DNA of 64,000 nt from Pelagibacteraceae bacterium AG-337-G06 (GCA_003282175.1 QBZX01000004.1:71853-135852); one strand, 5' to 3'; shown: positions 10,581 through 22,379, counted from the first letter of the stretch. The notes: generated by a model not told the origin, from the sequence alone. Program-made: numbers and translations.

Positions 10581-11429
10581 ATGAAAAGTGGGAATATAGT
10601 TTTAATAGGTCCTACTAATTCAGGAAAGTCAACCTTAGTTAATTCGATCATGGGACGAAGAGTGACATTGGTTTCTAGAAAGAAACAATCCACTACTTTC
10701 AACCAAAAATTAACAAAAAATATATCAGAATTCGAATATATTTTACAGGATACACCTGGGACTTTTGCATCTATGAAAAAAATAAGCAACAAAGTTATTT
10801 CATCTCCATTTGCAGAAATAGACAATGCAGTAATTATATATTTAGTGCTTGATATATCAAAAAAAACGAAAACAGAATTTAAAAGAATTCAATCATCTTT
10901 GAAAGATAAAATTATAGATCAGAAAATTTTCCTTATACTAAATAAAATAGATAAATGTAACGATGAAGATGTTTTAAAAAGTATTAATTTTTACTCAAAG
11001 GAAAGTTTAATTCAGGAAATTTTCCCTGTATCAAGCATTAATGGTGATGGAGTATCAAGATTGCTAGAAATATCTAATAAATATCTCAAAATTAAAGAAT
11101 CTAAATATCAATCTAAAGATAAGGTTCAGATCAAGAAAGAACTTTTTTATTCAGAGGTTACAAGAGAGAAAATATTAGACAAAGTACATAAAGAGATACC
11201 TTACCAATGTGATGTTATCACAGATAAAGTCGAAAATAGAAAGAATGAAATCAAAATATTTCAAACTATAGAAGTAAGAAGAAAATCACACAAAAGTATT
11301 GTCATTGGTAAGCGAGGGTCTTTGTTGAAAGAAATAGGATTATCGTCAAGAAAAGAAATAGCTAAACATGAAAATAAAAAAATTCATTTATTTTTATTTG
11401 TAAAAGTTGTTAGCGGAAAAAAACTATGA
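10581..11429 (+). CDS. era: GTPase Era (divergent)
   Basis: G1 GPTNSGKST, G3 DTPG, G4 NKID, KH GKRG motif; context between rnc and recO. Confidence 0.9.
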   Translation: MKSGNIVLIGPTNSGKSTLVNSIMGRRVTLVSRKKQSTTFNQKLTKNISEFEYILQDTPGTFASMKKISNKVISSPFAEIDNAVIIYLVLDISKKTKTEFKRIQSSLKDKIIDQKIFLILNKIDKCNDEDVLKSINFYSKESLIQEIFPVSSINGDGVSRLLEISNKYLKIKESKYQSKDKVQIKKELFYSEVTREKILDKVHKEIPYQCDVITDKVENRKNEIKIFQTIEVRRKSHKSIVIGKRGSLLKEIGLSSRKEIAKHENKKIHLFLFVKVVSGKKL

Positions 11430-12163
11430 GGTGGTCTGGTGATGGCTTTATTTTGGGATTCAGTAAATATAATGAAAAATCTTATATACTTGAAATATTT
11501 ACATATGAGTATGGAAGACATAAAGGTTTAATAAGAGGAGTTCATTCTAAGAATCTTAGAGCTACAATTGAGCCAGGAAATGAGGTGCATGTTAATTGGT
11601 CAGGTAGATTAGAAAGTCACTTGGGTAATTTTACAATTGAGCCTATAAAGATGTGGTCTTCATATATTTTAAATCAAAGAGCGAAGCTTCTTGCGGTTAC
11701 AACGATTTGTTCAATGATAATCTCAACTATGGCTGAGAAGCAGCAAAATATACTTATATACGAAAAAACATTAAAACTTATAAAAGATATATCTCGTGGA
11801 GAAAAGGATTGGATAAAAAATTATATATTTTGGGAATTAGATCTATTATCAGAAATTGGCTATGGTCTTGATTTATCTGAATGTGCTGTAACAGCGCAAA
11901 GAGACAAACTAAAATACGTTTCTCCTAGTAGCGGTAGAGCTGTAACAATGGAAGGCGCCGGAAGCTTTAAAGACAAATTATTTTTATTGCCAGAATTTTT
12001 TATTGATAGCTCAATTGATCTTACCTTAACTGATATTAAAAATGCCTTGGTACTTACAGAATATTTTTTCTTAAAACGTTTTTATGAACCGAATAATCTA
12101 AACTTTCCTAAAAGTAGGAATCATTTAAAGAATATACTTATAAATGAAGATAAAAAATATTAA
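11426..12163 (+). CDS. recO: DNA repair protein RecO
   Basis: [28 protein letters not shown] and [10 protein letters not shown]; follows era. Confidence 0.92.
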   Translation: MRWSGDGFILGFSKYNEKSYILEIFTYEYGRHKGLIRGVHSKNLRATIEPGNEVHVNWSGRLESHLGNFTIEPIKMWSSYILNQRAKLLAVTTICSMIISTMAEKQQNILIYEKTLKLIKDISRGEKDWIKNYIFWELDLLSEIGYGLDLSECAVTAQRDKLKYVSPSSGRAVTMEGAGSFKDKLFLLPEFFIDSSIDLTLTDIKNALVLTEYFFLKRFYEPNNLNFPKSRNHLKNILINEDKKY

Positions 12164-14348
12164 TTTTACTGAAGCATTGGAGGAGAAATACCTTGCTTAT
12201 GCTTTATCCACAATTACTCATCGAGCTCTTCCAGATATAAGGGATGGCTTAAAGCCAGTTCATAGAAGGCTTCTCTACGCCATGTATCAGTTGAGATTAA
12301 GTTCTAATTCAGGCTATAAAAAATCAGCAAGAATAGTGGGAGATGTAATTGGTAAATTTCATCCTCACGGTGATCAATCTGTATATGAAGCTCTTGTTCG
12401 TTTAGCTCAGGATTTCTCAACTCGCTATCCATTAGTTGATGGACAAGGCAACTTTGGCAACATTGATGGAGATAATGCAGCGGCAATGAGATATACAGAA
12501 GCAAGACTAACAGCGCTAGCTGAATTAATGATTCAAGATATATCAGAGGAAACGATTGATTATATAAGTACTTATGACGGAGTAGATTTAGAGCCAATAG
12601 TATTACCGTCATATTTTCCTAATCTTTTAGCAAATGGAAGTTCAGGCATAGCAGTGGGTATGGCAACAAATATTCCACCACACAATATAATTGAATTATT
12701 TTCGGCTCTAACAAAATTATTAAAAAATCCAAATTACACTAGCTCACAATTAATAAATATTATACCAGGTCCTGATTTTCCAACAGGAGGTGAAATTGTC
12801 GATAGTAAGACAGCTATCAGAGAAGCTTATTTAAAAGGAAGAGGGACTATTCGTCTAAGAGCAAAATGGAAAAAAGAAGACCTAGGAAGAGGACAGTATC
12901 AATTAGTAATTTATGAAATTCCTTATCAAGTAAATAAGTCAAAGATTATTGAGAGAGTATCTGAATTAATTGATTCTAAAAAAATAAATTATCTTGAAGC
13001 GATACAAGATGAGTCTGCTGAGGACATTAGAATTGTTTTAGTGCCAAAAAATAGATCCTTTAAGCCCGAAGTAATTTTTGAGGATTTGTGTAAGAATTCG
13101 GATTTAGAAATTAGATTTGCTATTAATTTCAATGCAATAAACAGTAAGTTAGAGCCAAAACTCTTCTCACTTAAAGAGAGTTTAAAAGCATTTATTGATC
13201 ATCGCTTTGTTGTTTTAAAAAAAAGAACCCAGTATCGTCTCGCGCAAACTGAAAATAGATTGGAGATCTTAAAGGGCTTCCTAATAGTTTTTAGTAATTT
13301 AAATAAGGTAATTAAGATTATAAGAACAGATACTAACCCTGAAAAAAAACTAATTACTGTATTTAAAATCAATAAAAAACAAGCTGAGGCCATACTAGCA
13401 ATGCGATTAAGACAGTTAAAAAAACTTGAGGAAAAGCAAATAAAGAATGAATATCAAAATTTACTAAATTATAAAAAAGAATTAAATCAGATTCTAAAGT
13501 CAAAAAGCAACCAAAGTAAAATATTAAACAAAGAGTTCAATGAAAGTTTAGAAGTATTTAAAAAAATAAATTCTTTTGCTGAAAGAAGAACTGTAATTAA
13601 TGATGTGTATCAGGAACTTGATTATTCTTTAGAGGAATTTGATTCAAAGGAACCGGTAACAGTATTGTTATCTAAAAATGGTTGGGTAAAATCAATCAAA
13701 GGTCATCAGGATGACTACTCGTCTGTTAAGTATAAAGAAGGCGATAGTGAAAAGTTTATTGTTAAGTGTAAAAGTAATAATAAATTGGTTGTATTTTCCA
13801 CTTTAGGTAAGTTTTACACCATAAATTGCTCTAGAGTTTCATCTGGTAGAGGGTTTGGTGATCCAATAAGTTTGTTAATTGACAAAAATGACAACGAAGA
13901 AGTTTTATTCTTTAAAATTTATGAGCAAGATAAAGAATTTTTAATAACCAGCTCTGCTGGTAAAGGTTTTTTTGTTAATTCAAATGACTTCATTGCATCT
14001 ACAAAATCAGGTAAGAAAGTCATGAACTTAAAGGATAATGATCGAGCAGTATCATGTGCAGAGAAAAAAGGAGATTTGATTGTGTCTATTAGTGGTGAAA
14101 AAAAATCATTTAAATTATTAGCTTTCAATAGTTCAGAAATACCTAATATGCAAAAGGGACGAGGTGTTACACTTCAAAAATTCAAGTCAGGAAAAACTCT
14201 TAACGCTTTTTGTGCAGACTCAAATGAAGGAATAATCAATGAAAGGTCTAAAAAAGTTTTATTATCTGCTAAAGATCTAAAGAAATGGCTTGGTAAGAGG
14301 GCTCAAGCGGGTAGAATTGAGCCAAAGAATTTACACTCTAAAATCTGA
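12144..14348 (+). CDS. parC: DNA topoisomerase IV subunit A
   Basis: [41 protein letters not shown] and C-terminal pinwheel ending in RAQAG, typical of alphaproteobacterial ParC. Confidence 0.93.
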   Translation: MKIKNINFTEALEEKYLAYALSTITHRALPDIRDGLKPVHRRLLYAMYQLRLSSNSGYKKSARIVGDVIGKFHPHGDQSVYEALVRLAQDFSTRYPLVDGQGNFGNIDGDNAAAMRYTEARLTALAELMIQDISEETIDYISTYDGVDLEPIVLPSYFPNLLANGSSGIAVGMATNIPPHNIIELFSALTKLLKNPNYTSSQLINIIPGPDFPTGGEIVDSKTAIREAYLKGRGTIRLRAKWKKEDLGRGQYQLVIYEIPYQVNKSKIIERVSELIDSKKINYLEAIQDESAEDIRIVLVPKNRSFKPEVIFEDLCKNSDLEIRFAINFNAINSKLEPKLFSLKESLKAFIDHRFVVLKKRTQYRLAQTENRLEILKGFLIVFSNLNKVIKIIRTDTNPEKKLITVFKINKKQAEAILAMRLRQLKKLEEKQIKNEYQNLLNYKKELNQILKSKSNQSKILNKEFNESLEVFKKINSFAERRTVINDVYQELDYSLEEFDSKEPVTVLLSKNGWVKSIKGHQDDYSSVKYKEGDSEKFIVKCKSNNKLVVFSTLGKFYTINCSRVSSGRGFGDPISLLIDKNDNEEVLFFKIYEQDKEFLITSSAGKGFFVNSNDFIASTKSGKKVMNLKDNDRAVSCAEKKGDLIVSISGEKKSFKLLAFNSSEIPNMQKGRGVTLQKFKSGKTLNAFCADSNEGIINERSKKVLLSAKDLKKWLGKRAQAGRIEPKNLHSKI

Positions 14349-14368
14349 AGTTAACTTAATTGTATTTA

Positions 14369-15658
14369 ATGTCTCAATATCCTAATAGTTATTATGCAAC
14401 AAGCCTTAGTCAGCAAAAAGATGTTCTTCCAACTTTAATTGATGACCACGAATGTGACCTGTGTGTAATAGGAGGTGGTTTCTCGGGACTGTCAACTGCA
14501 ATCGAATCTGCCGAGCGAGGACTTAAAGTAATTTTATTAGAGCAAAATATTATAGGTTGGGGAGCTTCAGGTAGAAATGGTGGCCAAATTTGGAATGATG
14601 TTGCATGGGGAATTAATGGTATTGAAAAAAAATATGGCCTTAAACACGCCATGCAGCTATGGAACATATCACAAGCAGCAGTTGATCTTATCGATGAAAG
14701 AATAAAAAACTTTAATATTGAATGTGATAAGAAGAGTGGTGGAATACATGCAGCTACCAGTTTGTCAAAATTCAAAGAGTATGAAAATGATCTAAGATAT
14801 AAATTAAAAACTTATAATTATGATAAGCTTGAAGTTCTTGACAAAGCTACAGCCGATCATGAAATTGGCTCTACACTTTACTATGGAGGAATACTAGATA
14901 GGGGGGCGGGGCATTTGCATCCGTTAAAATACGCTATTGGATTAATGAATGCTGCACTTTCATTAGGTGTTAAGGTGTATGAGAATTCTCCAGCAAAAGT
15001 GATATTACAAAATAGTACCGACATTGAAGTATTAATAGAAAATGGAAAAGTTAATGCAAAAAAAATAGCTGTATGTTGCAACGCCTATATTGAAGGTTTA
15101 AACCTCGGTATCGAAAATAAAGTTATGCCTTGTGAAACATATATTGTTTGTACAGAACCTCTTAATAGTGATTTGCAGCAAAATATTCTGCCTAATGATT
15201 ATTGTGTCAGCGATACTAACTTTGATCTTAATTATTATAGACTTTCAGAAAGTAAGAGAATGATTTTTGGAGGAGCTGTAGGCTATTCTCTTAAAAATGT
15301 AGAAGGTTTAAAGAAAAGAACAAAAAAACAGTTAAACAGAGTATTTCCACAACTTAAAAATATAAAAGTCGATTATATTTGGGGTGGTTTAATTGCTATT
15401 ACGGTCAACAGAGTTCCTGATATAGGAATGATAAATGAAAAGATATTTTATGCTCAAGGCTTTTCAGGGCATGGAGTTGCATTTACTGGTATCGCCGGTA
15501 AAATTTTGGCTGAGAACATTGTATCTGGTAAAACTAGTGAAATGGAAGCTTTCGAGAAGATTAAGCATAGAAATTTTCCTGGGGGCAGATTATTTAGAAT
15601 GCCTTTATTGGTAACAATTAGCGCTATGCAGAGGATGATGGATATTTTTAATGTATAA
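14369..15658 (+). CDS. FAD-dependent oxidoreductase, DadA/PuuB (gamma-glutamylputrescine oxidase) family
   Basis: YPNSYYA start, VIGGGFSGL, GWGASGRNGGQ, GHLHPLKY, QGFSGHGV and FPGG. Start set at ATG 14369. Substrate assigned by family resemblance only. Confidence 0.8.
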   Translation: MSQYPNSYYATSLSQQKDVLPTLIDDHECDLCVIGGGFSGLSTAIESAERGLKVILLEQNIIGWGASGRNGGQIWNDVAWGINGIEKKYGLKHAMQLWNISQAAVDLIDERIKNFNIECDKKSGGIHAATSLSKFKEYENDLRYKLKTYNYDKLEVLDKATADHEIGSTLYYGGILDRGAGHLHPLKYAIGLMNAALSLGVKVYENSPAKVILQNSTDIEVLIENGKVNAKKIAVCCNAYIEGLNLGIENKVMPCETYIVCTEPLNSDLQQNILPNDYCVSDTNFDLNYYRLSESKRMIFGGAVGYSLKNVEGLKKRTKKQLNRVFPQLKNIKVDYIWGGLIAITVNRVPDIGMINEKIFYAQGFSGHGVAFTGIAGKILAENIVSGKTSEMEAFEKIKHRNFPGGRLFRMPLLVTISAMQRMMDIFNV

Positions 15659-16514
15659 AATTTTGTTTATAGGAATCGGAAAGATGGGATTTCCAATGGC
15701 TGGCTTCCTATCAGAGAAATATGAGGTTTCTGTATACAATAGATCTAAGGAAAAAATCAGCATTTGGAAAAAAAAGTATAGAGGAAATGCAGTAGAAAAA
15801 CTTAATCAGCTTGATGAAAAATTTGATTTCATTATCTCATGTATCGGTAACGATTATGATCTGAGAGAGATTACTTCAAACGACACTGGATGTTTTAATG
15901 CAATTAGAAAAAATACAATTTTTATTGACCATTCCACAGTTTCACCAAAAATTGTCCAAGAGCTTGAACTTAAATTAAAAGAAAAAGAAGCTTTTTTTCT
16001 AGATGCACCTATCTCTGGTGGTCAGTTGGGAGCTGAAAAGGGACAATTAAGTATCATGGTAGGAGGAGATAAAAACGCATTTAACAAAAGTGAGAGTATT
16101 TTTGAGGTTTATGGAAAAAAAAGAAAGTACATGGGGTCATCAGGTTCAGGACAATTAACTAAAATTATTAATCAAATTTGTATAGCTGGTTTAGTGCAGG
16201 GCCTTTCAGAATCAATTTATTTTATGAAGCAAACTAAACTAAATCCAGAGGATGTTTTGGATGTTATTTCCTCTGGAGCAGCTCAATCTTGGCAAATGGA
16301 TAATAGATTTATGACAATGACTGAAAATAAATTTGATTTTGGGTTTGCGGTTGATTTAATGAGAAAGGATTTGTCAATCGCATTTGATGAAGCCAAAAAA
16401 TTTGGCATTGATTTAGAAATTACAAAGATTGTTGATGAATTTTACAAAGACGTACAAAATATGGGTGGTAATAATTTTGACACATCAAGTTTAGTAAAAA
16501 GATTACTCAGTTAA
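15651..16514 (+). CDS. NAD(P)-dependent oxidoreductase, 3-hydroxyisobutyrate dehydrogenase family
   Basis: FIGIGKMGFPMA, DAPISGGQLGA and GSGQLTKIINQ. Confidence 0.88.
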   Translation: MYKILFIGIGKMGFPMAGFLSEKYEVSVYNRSKEKISIWKKKYRGNAVEKLNQLDEKFDFIISCIGNDYDLREITSNDTGCFNAIRKNTIFIDHSTVSPKIVQELELKLKEKEAFFLDAPISGGQLGAEKGQLSIMVGGDKNAFNKSESIFEVYGKKRKYMGSSGSGQLTKIINQICIAGLVQGLSESIYFMKQTKLNPEDVLDVISSGAAQSWQMDNRFMTMTENKFDFGFAVDLMRKDLSIAFDEAKKFGIDLEITKIVDEFYKDVQNMGGNNFDTSSLVKRLLS

Positions 16515-17513
16515 TTTTATAAACTTTGAAACTTCAGGAGCAAAGTAAGTTATTATAGCATCAGCTCCAGCTCTTTTAAAAGAAGCAAGCTGCTCAAGGA
16601 CCACCGCTTTCTCATCAACCAAACTTTTTTCTGCAGCGAGTTTAATCAAGCTATATTCACCAGATACTTGGTAGGCAAAAGTTGGAAAATTTAGCTCATG
16701 CTTAATTCTATAAATAATATCTAAATAACTTATCCCCGGCTTTACCATCAATATATCTGCGCCTTCACTAATGTCCATAGAGGCTTCTCTGATTGCCTCG
16801 TCAGAGTTATTTATATTCATTTGGTAAGTTTTTTTGTCTGATTTAAGGCTACTTGAAGAGCCTACAGCATCTCTGAATGGTGAATACATAGCAGATGCAT
16901 ATTTTGCGGCGTACGAAAGTATTAAGGTATCTTGAAAATCTTTTTTTTCCAGTTGATTTCGTATCATCCCTATTCTTCCGTCCATCATGTCAGATGGAGC
17001 AATAACATCAGCCCCACATTCTGCATAAAGCAGTGCTTGTTTTACAAGTAATTTATTTGTTTCATCATTAAGTATTTTTCCACTGTCATTTATTAAACCA
17101 TCATGTCCATGATCAGTATAGGGATCAAGTGCCACGTCACACATCAATCCAAAACTTTTGTTTGATCTTGATAATTGATTTATAGACTTACAAACTAGAT
17201 TTTCAGGATTTAATGCCTCTTTACCATCATTAGATTTGAGTTCTTCAGGGGTATAGGGAAAAAGAGCAATTAAATTAATATTTTGACTTTCCGCAATATC
17301 TTTCACTTCATTTAGATTATCTATTGAATATCTATAGACATTAGGCATAGATTTAATCTCTTCTTTTTTATTTTCCCCTTCACATATGAAAACTGGCCAA
17401 ATTAGATCATTAGATGTTAATGAATGCTCTTCAACCAAATTTCTAATCCAGCTAGATTGTCTGTTCCTTCTAAGTCTAGTACTTGGAAATTTTAAGATAC
17501 TCTCTTTCATCAT
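16503..17513 (-). CDS. hemB: Porphobilinogen synthase, Asp-rich Zn-independent type
   Basis: RLRRNR, DVALDPYTDHGHDG, APSDMMDGRI, PFRDAVGS, MVKPG and AYQVSGEY. Confidence 0.97.
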   Translation of the reverse strand: MMKESILKFPSTRLRRNRQSSWIRNLVEEHSLTSNDLIWPVFICEGENKKEEIKSMPNVYRYSIDNLNEVKDIAESQNINLIALFPYTPEELKSNDGKEALNPENLVCKSINQLSRSNKSFGLMCDVALDPYTDHGHDGLINDSGKILNDETNKLLVKQALLYAECGADVIAPSDMMDGRIGMIRNQLEKKDFQDTLILSYAAKYASAMYSPFRDAVGSSSSLKSDKKTYQMNINNSDEAIREASMDISEGADILMVKPGISYLDIIYRIKHELNFPTFAYQVSGEYSLIKLAAEKSLVDEKAVVLEQLASFKRAGADAIITYFAPEVSKFIKLTE

Positions 17514-18283
17514 TTTATATTTTTTTTTGGCAGTATTATAAAAGAACTAGTTGATTTAATATAGTTATCATAACCTTCTTTTTTCTTTGCAATAGTTTTT
17601 TCAAGTAAACTTACTCCAGAAACTTTTAACAATAGGTACGTCATGATAATGGGAGATATAAATATAAATAAATTGTAAGAAATACTAAAACAAAATAAAG
17701 AGATACCCCACCAAAATACACTATCGCCAAAATAATTTGGATGCCTCGAATAAAACCACAGACCTTTATCCATAAGTTTATCTTTATTATTTTTATCAGA
17801 TTTAAATTTCGTTAGTTGAATATCAGAAATAGTTTCAATTGCTATACCAAGAAGTGCTATAATTATTGCAATGACACCAAATACATTCAGATCTAAGTTA
17901 TTTGGGGCCATACTGAGACTTTGCATTGGGAAAGATACAATACAAATTAAAATAACTTGTATTAAATATGCTGTATAAAAAAGACCTAAATCACCTCTGT
18001 ACTCTCTTATCTTAACGTATCTAATATCTTCAGACTTTCTTATATTTCTTGAGAATAAATAAATACCCAATCTTAATCCCCACAGGCCAACAAGGGACAA
18101 GGCAATAATTTTTGGAAGGGAATAATCATTATCTAAGAAATAAATAATAGCTGTTGAAAAGAAGAAACTTGGACCCCAATAAATATCAATAAAATCAGCC
18201 CGTCTTGTTTTTAACGATGATAGCCATAGAATAGTAATGACTATAAAATTGAAGCTTAATATAATAAGTAAATTTTCAATCAT
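17510..18283 (-). CDS. DUF1295 / steroid 5-alpha-reductase-like membrane protein
   Basis: Multiple TMs, EDIRY, ETISDIQL and GLWFYSRHPNYFGD. Confidence 0.85.
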   Translation of the reverse strand: MIENLLIILSFNFIVITILWLSSLKTRRADFIDIYWGPSFFFSTAIIYFLDNDYSLPKIIALSLVGLWGLRLGIYLFSRNIRKSEDIRYVKIREYRGDLGLFYTAYLIQVILICIVSFPMQSLSMAPNNLDLNVFGVIAIIIALLGIAIETISDIQLTKFKSDKNNKDKLMDKGLWFYSRHPNYFGDSVFWWGISLFCFSISYNLFIFISPIIMTYLLLKVSGVSLLEKTIAKKKEGYDNYIKSTSSFIILPKKNIK

Positions 18284-18297
18284 AAGAAAACATATAT

Positions 18298-19050
18298 ATG
18301 TCTTTTAGGTTTTTAAACAATCATAAATTTACTCCCTTTGCTCATAGAGGAGGATCATTGGAAAATAGGGAAAATACTCTTGATGCTTTTGAAAAGTGTA
18401 TTTCTATTGGATATGATTATATTGAAACTGATGTTAGAGAAACAAAAGATGGAAAGCTTGTTATTTTTCACGATGAAGATTTAAGTAGGATTTGTGGTCT
18501 ACAGATAAAAATTAATAAATTAGAATATGAAGAAATAAAAAAAATAAAAATATTTGAAGATCACCATGTGCCACTTTTGGATGAAGCGTTAATATCATGG
18601 CCACATTTGAATTTTAATATAGAACCAAAATCAACACTTGCTGCACATCTTTTAATAAAGTCACTTAAATCGAATAAAAAAAACTTGGATCGTTTTTGCA
18701 TTGGATCATTTAGTACAAATAAAATAAATTTATTAAGAAATTCATGTGGCGACAAACTATGTACATCAATGACAAAACAAGAAACAATAATGTTTTATTT
18801 AAATAGGGTATTGCCATTTTTTAAGAACAATATTCCTTGTTTGCAAATACCAATGTTTTATTTTGGTGTTCAGATTGTATCTAAGGCTTTTGTATCTCAC
18901 GCTCATAGCCTTGGAAAAAAAATACATGCCTGGACAATTAATGATGAAAGTCAGATGAACCAACTTATTGATTATGGAGTAGATGGAATTATGACAGATC
19001 GGCCACAATTACTTAAGAACGTACTTATAAAAAGATCATTATGGAAATAA
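18298..19050 (+). CDS. Glycerophosphodiester phosphodiesterase family protein
   Basis: FAHRGG..ENT, IETDVRETKDG..FHD, NIEPK, HAWTIND and GVDGIMTD. Confidence 0.9.
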   Translation: MSFRFLNNHKFTPFAHRGGSLENRENTLDAFEKCISIGYDYIETDVRETKDGKLVIFHDEDLSRICGLQIKINKLEYEEIKKIKIFEDHHVPLLDEALISWPHLNFNIEPKSTLAAHLLIKSLKSNKKNLDRFCIGSFSTNKINLLRNSCGDKLCTSMTKQETIMFYLNRVLPFFKNNIPCLQIPMFYFGVQIVSKAFVSHAHSLGKKIHAWTINDESQMNQLIDYGVDGIMTDRPQLLKNVLIKRSLWK

Positions 19051-19104
19051 GTCTATCAATTTCTATTTACAATATTTAGTATATTTTGTTTAATACTGGT
19101 CAAC

Positions 19105-19542
19105 ATGAACGAAAATATAATAATATCTATAGCTTCAGATCACGCCGGTTACGATATGAAAGATAAAGTGGTTAACTTTCTAAAGGCAAAAAATATTGAA
19201 GTTATTGATAGAGGGCCTGAACAAAATGAACCCGTAGACTATCCAGATTTTGCAGAAAAAGTTGCTTCAGATATTTCTAACCAAACTGTGAATATGGGAA
19301 TACTAATTTGTGGCTCTGGCCAAGGAATGTCAATGGCAGCTAATAAAAAACCAGGAATTAGAGCGGCACTTTGCTACAATAATGAAATAACTAGACTTGC
19401 AAGAGCTCACAATGATGCAAATATTTTGACTTTAGGAGCAAGAGTGATAGATGAAAGTACAGCTATTAGCTGTGTCGACACATTTATAAATACTGAATTT
19501 GAGGGAAGTCGTCACATTACAAGGATTAACAAAATAGGATAA
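19105..19542 (+). CDS. rpiB: Ribose-5-phosphate isomerase B
   Basis: [26 protein letters not shown] and FEGSRH. Confidence 0.95.
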   Translation: MNENIIISIASDHAGYDMKDKVVNFLKAKNIEVIDRGPEQNEPVDYPDFAEKVASDISNQTVNMGILICGSGQGMSMAANKKPGIRAALCYNNEITRLARAHNDANILTLGARVIDESTAISCVDTFINTEFEGSRHITRINKIG

Positions 19543-19550
19543 TATACAAA

Positions 19551-20813
19551 ATGAGCTTTTTTTCTTCACCACTTAAAGATATTGATAATGAAATTCATAA
19601 GGCGATTAACCTTGAGCTAGATAGACAGCAAAATCAGATAGAATTGATTGCTTCTGAAAATATAGTTTCCAAAGCTGTTCTTGAGGCCCAAGGTTCCATA
19701 ATGACAAATAAATATGCAGAAGGCTATGCAAGTTCTCGATACTATGGAGGGTGCGAATTCGTTGATATTGCAGAAGACCTTGCAATAAAAAGACTTCAAA
19801 AATTATACAAGTGCGAATATGCAAATGTTCAACCTCATTCAGGTGCCCAGGCAAATGGAGCGGTTATGTTAGCTCTGATTAAGCCAGGTGATACTATTCT
19901 TGGAATGAGTTTAGACGCCGGTGGACATTTAACACATGGCTCTGCGCCTTCTATGTCAGGTAAGTGGTTTAATGCTGTACAATATGGCTTAGAAGATAAT
20001 GGGCTAATTGACTATGATCAAGTTGAAAGGTTAGCAAAAGAACACAACCCAAAAATTATAATTGCTGGAGGAAGTGCTTACTCAAGAATTATAGATTTTA
20101 AAAAATTTAGAGAGATTTGTGATCAAGTTGGTGCATTTTTACATGTAGATATGGCTCATTTTTCAGGCCTAGTTGCTGCTGAGGAGTATCCAAATCCATT
20201 AGAATATGCTGATGTAGTAACTTCTACGACTCACAAGACTATTCGAGGAGCAAGAGGAGGTATGATTTTATCAAATAATTTAGAATTGGGTAAAAAATTT
20301 AATTCTGCAGTATTTCCTGGTTATCAAGGCGGCCCATTAATGCATGTGATTGCTGGTAAAGCCGTTGCTTTTGGCGAAGCATTAAAACCAGAATTTAAAG
20401 AATACATAAAGCAAGTAATAACAAACGCAAAAATATTAAGTGACACTCTTGTAAGTGGAGGATTAAAGATTGTTTCTGGTGGAACTGATACTCATTTAAT
20501 TTTAGTTGATTTAACTCCAATGGATTTAACAGGCGATTCTGCTCAAACTAGTTTGGAAGCAGCAAATATAACATGTAATAAAAATGGAATACCAAAGGAC
20601 CCTAAGCCCCCTAAAATCACATCAGGTATTAGACTTGGAACCCCAGCTGCAACAACAAGGGGTTTTAAGGAAAATGAGTTTAAGCTTGTAGGAGAATTGA
20701 TACTAGAAACACTTGTTGGCTTAAAAAGTAATCCATCTGATAATAGCAATGTAGAAAAAGCTGTAAAAGAAAAAGTAATTAATTTGTGCAGTGAGTTTCC
20801 AATTTATAGTTAG
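19551..20813 (+). CDS. glyA: Serine hydroxymethyltransferase
   Basis: LIASEN, NKYAEGY, GHLTHG, TTHKT, QGGPLMH and SGIRLGTPA. Confidence 0.98.
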   Translation: MSFFSSPLKDIDNEIHKAINLELDRQQNQIELIASENIVSKAVLEAQGSIMTNKYAEGYASSRYYGGCEFVDIAEDLAIKRLQKLYKCEYANVQPHSGAQANGAVMLALIKPGDTILGMSLDAGGHLTHGSAPSMSGKWFNAVQYGLEDNGLIDYDQVERLAKEHNPKIIIAGGSAYSRIIDFKKFREICDQVGAFLHVDMAHFSGLVAAEEYPNPLEYADVVTSTTHKTIRGARGGMILSNNLELGKKFNSAVFPGYQGGPLMHVIAGKAVAFGEALKPEFKEYIKQVITNAKILSDTLVSGGLKIVSGGTDTHLILVDLTPMDLTGDSAQTSLEAANITCNKNGIPKDPKPPKITSGIRLGTPAATTRGFKENEFKLVGELILETLVGLKSNPSDNSNVEKAVKEKVINLCSEFPIYS

Positions 20814-20821
20814 GTTTTTTT

Positions 20822-21280
20822 ATGAAATGTCCATTTTGTGGAAACGAGGATACCCAGGTAAAAGACTCTAGGTCTACAGAGGATAATTCTGCTATCAGAA
20901 GAAGAAGGTTTTGTTCCGCATGCGGAGCCAGATTTACAACATTTGAGAGAATACAGTTACGTGAATTAACTGTTATAAAAAAATCTGGTAAAAAAGTTCC
21001 TTTTGATAGAGATAAATTAGAGAGATCAGTTCAAATTGCCTTAAGGAAAAGGCCAGTGGAGTCTGAAAGAGTTGATCGCATGATAAGTGGGATAGTTAGA
21101 AGAGTTGAGAGTCTCGGTGAAGCTGAAATTGCTTCAGATGTAGTTGGTGAAATTGTCATGGAGGGCTTGCAAAGCATAGATCCTGTCGCGTATGTAAGGT
21201 TTGCATCTGTGTATAAAAATTTCAGAGAAGCTAAGGACTTTGAAGAATTTATCGGAGTGATCTCATCAAATAAAGAATAG
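20822..21280 (+). CDS. nrdR: Transcriptional repressor NrdR
   Basis: [22 protein letters not shown] zinc ribbon, ATP cone and [10 protein letters not shown]. Confidence 0.97.
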   Translation: MKCPFCGNEDTQVKDSRSTEDNSAIRRRRFCSACGARFTTFERIQLRELTVIKKSGKKVPFDRDKLERSVQIALRKRPVESERVDRMISGIVRRVESLGEAEIASDVVGEIVMEGLQSIDPVAYVRFASVYKNFREAKDFEEFIGVISSNKE

Positions 21281-21288
21281 GTATTTAA

Positions 21289-22374
21289 TTGAAAATTGTC
21301 GACTATATGCAGCTGGCAGAAAGAATGGCTCATAGAGCTATTGGCTCTACCTACCCAAATCCACCTGTTGGGGTAATCATAGTAAAAGATAAAACCATTA
21401 TTGCAAGAGGCTGGACACAAAGTAGTGGCTCTCCACATGCTGAAGTTCATGCAATTAATCAAGTTAGAAATAAGACGGAATTAGAAGGTGCATCTATATA
21501 TACAACTCTAGAACCTTGCTCGCATGTTGGGAAAAACCCACCTTGCGTAGACAAAATAATAAAATACAAATTCGCAAAAGTATTTATTTCAGAAATTGAC
21601 AAAAATACTTTAGTTAAAGGCAAATCTATAAAAAAGCTTAGGAAAAGAAAAATAAAAGTTATCGTCAAAAATTTTAGCAATCAAACAAGACACATAAATA
21701 AAGTCTTCTTTAATTCAATAAATAATAATTTACCTTATGTAACACTTAAAATTGCTTCATCCGCAGATGGAAAAATTGCTACTAGGTTAAAAGAAAGTAA
21801 ATGGATCACAAACTCAATTTCAAGACAGCATGGTCATATGCTTCGAGCAAAAAATGATTGTATGTTAGTGGGGAAAGGAACAATAATGGAGGATAATCCT
21901 TCTTTAGACTGCAGACTAAGTGGACTTGAAAGTTTGTCACCAGATTTATTTATTCTTGATAGTAGCCTTATGGTACCAAATAATTATAAAATATTTACTA
22001 AATTTTCACGAAATGTATTTGTATTTTATTCTGATGGTAGAAACTTACCAAAATTAAATAAAAAAAATATTAAGTTTATAAAAGTAAGTAAAAAAGGCTC
22101 TGAATTATCTATAAAAGAAATATTAAATAAAATTTCAAACCTTGGATACATGAGAATTCTCGTTGAAGGAGGCTCTCATCTAAGTAGTTCATTGATTAAA
22201 AATAATTACGTTAATGAGATTCAATGGTTCAGAGCTAGTAAAATAATTGGTAAAGGTGGAGTTGATGCGGTGTCAGATATGGGAATTAGCAATATGAAGT
22301 CTACAAAGAATTTTGTTCTAAGAGAAACTAAAAATTATGAAAATGATATTCTAAATGTTTACAGAAAGGAGTGA
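21289..22374 (+). CDS. ribD: Diaminohydroxyphosphoribosylaminopyrimidine deaminase / reductase
   Basis: PNPPVG, HAE, TLEPCSH..PPC, SADGKIA and LVEGGS. TTG start. Confidence 0.95.
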   Translation: MKIVDYMQLAERMAHRAIGSTYPNPPVGVIIVKDKTIIARGWTQSSGSPHAEVHAINQVRNKTELEGASIYTTLEPCSHVGKNPPCVDKIIKYKFAKVFISEIDKNTLVKGKSIKKLRKRKIKVIVKNFSNQTRHINKVFFNSINNNLPYVTLKIASSADGKIATRLKESKWITNSISRQHGHMLRAKNDCMLVGKGTIMEDNPSLDCRLSGLESLSPDLFILDSSLMVPNNYKIFTKFSRNVFVFYSDGRNLPKLNKKNIKFIKVSKKGSELSIKEILNKISNLGYMRILVEGGSHLSSSLIKNNYVNEIQWFRASKIIGKGGVDAVSDMGISNMKSTKNFVLRETKNYENDILNVYRKE

Positions 22375-22379
22375 TTTAA

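Noticed and set aside
19051-21288. Glycine or FMN riboswitch ahead of glyA or the rib genes
   Set aside because: Intergenic gaps are 8 bp, or 54 bp of AT-rich DNA before rpiB, with no aptamer consensus.
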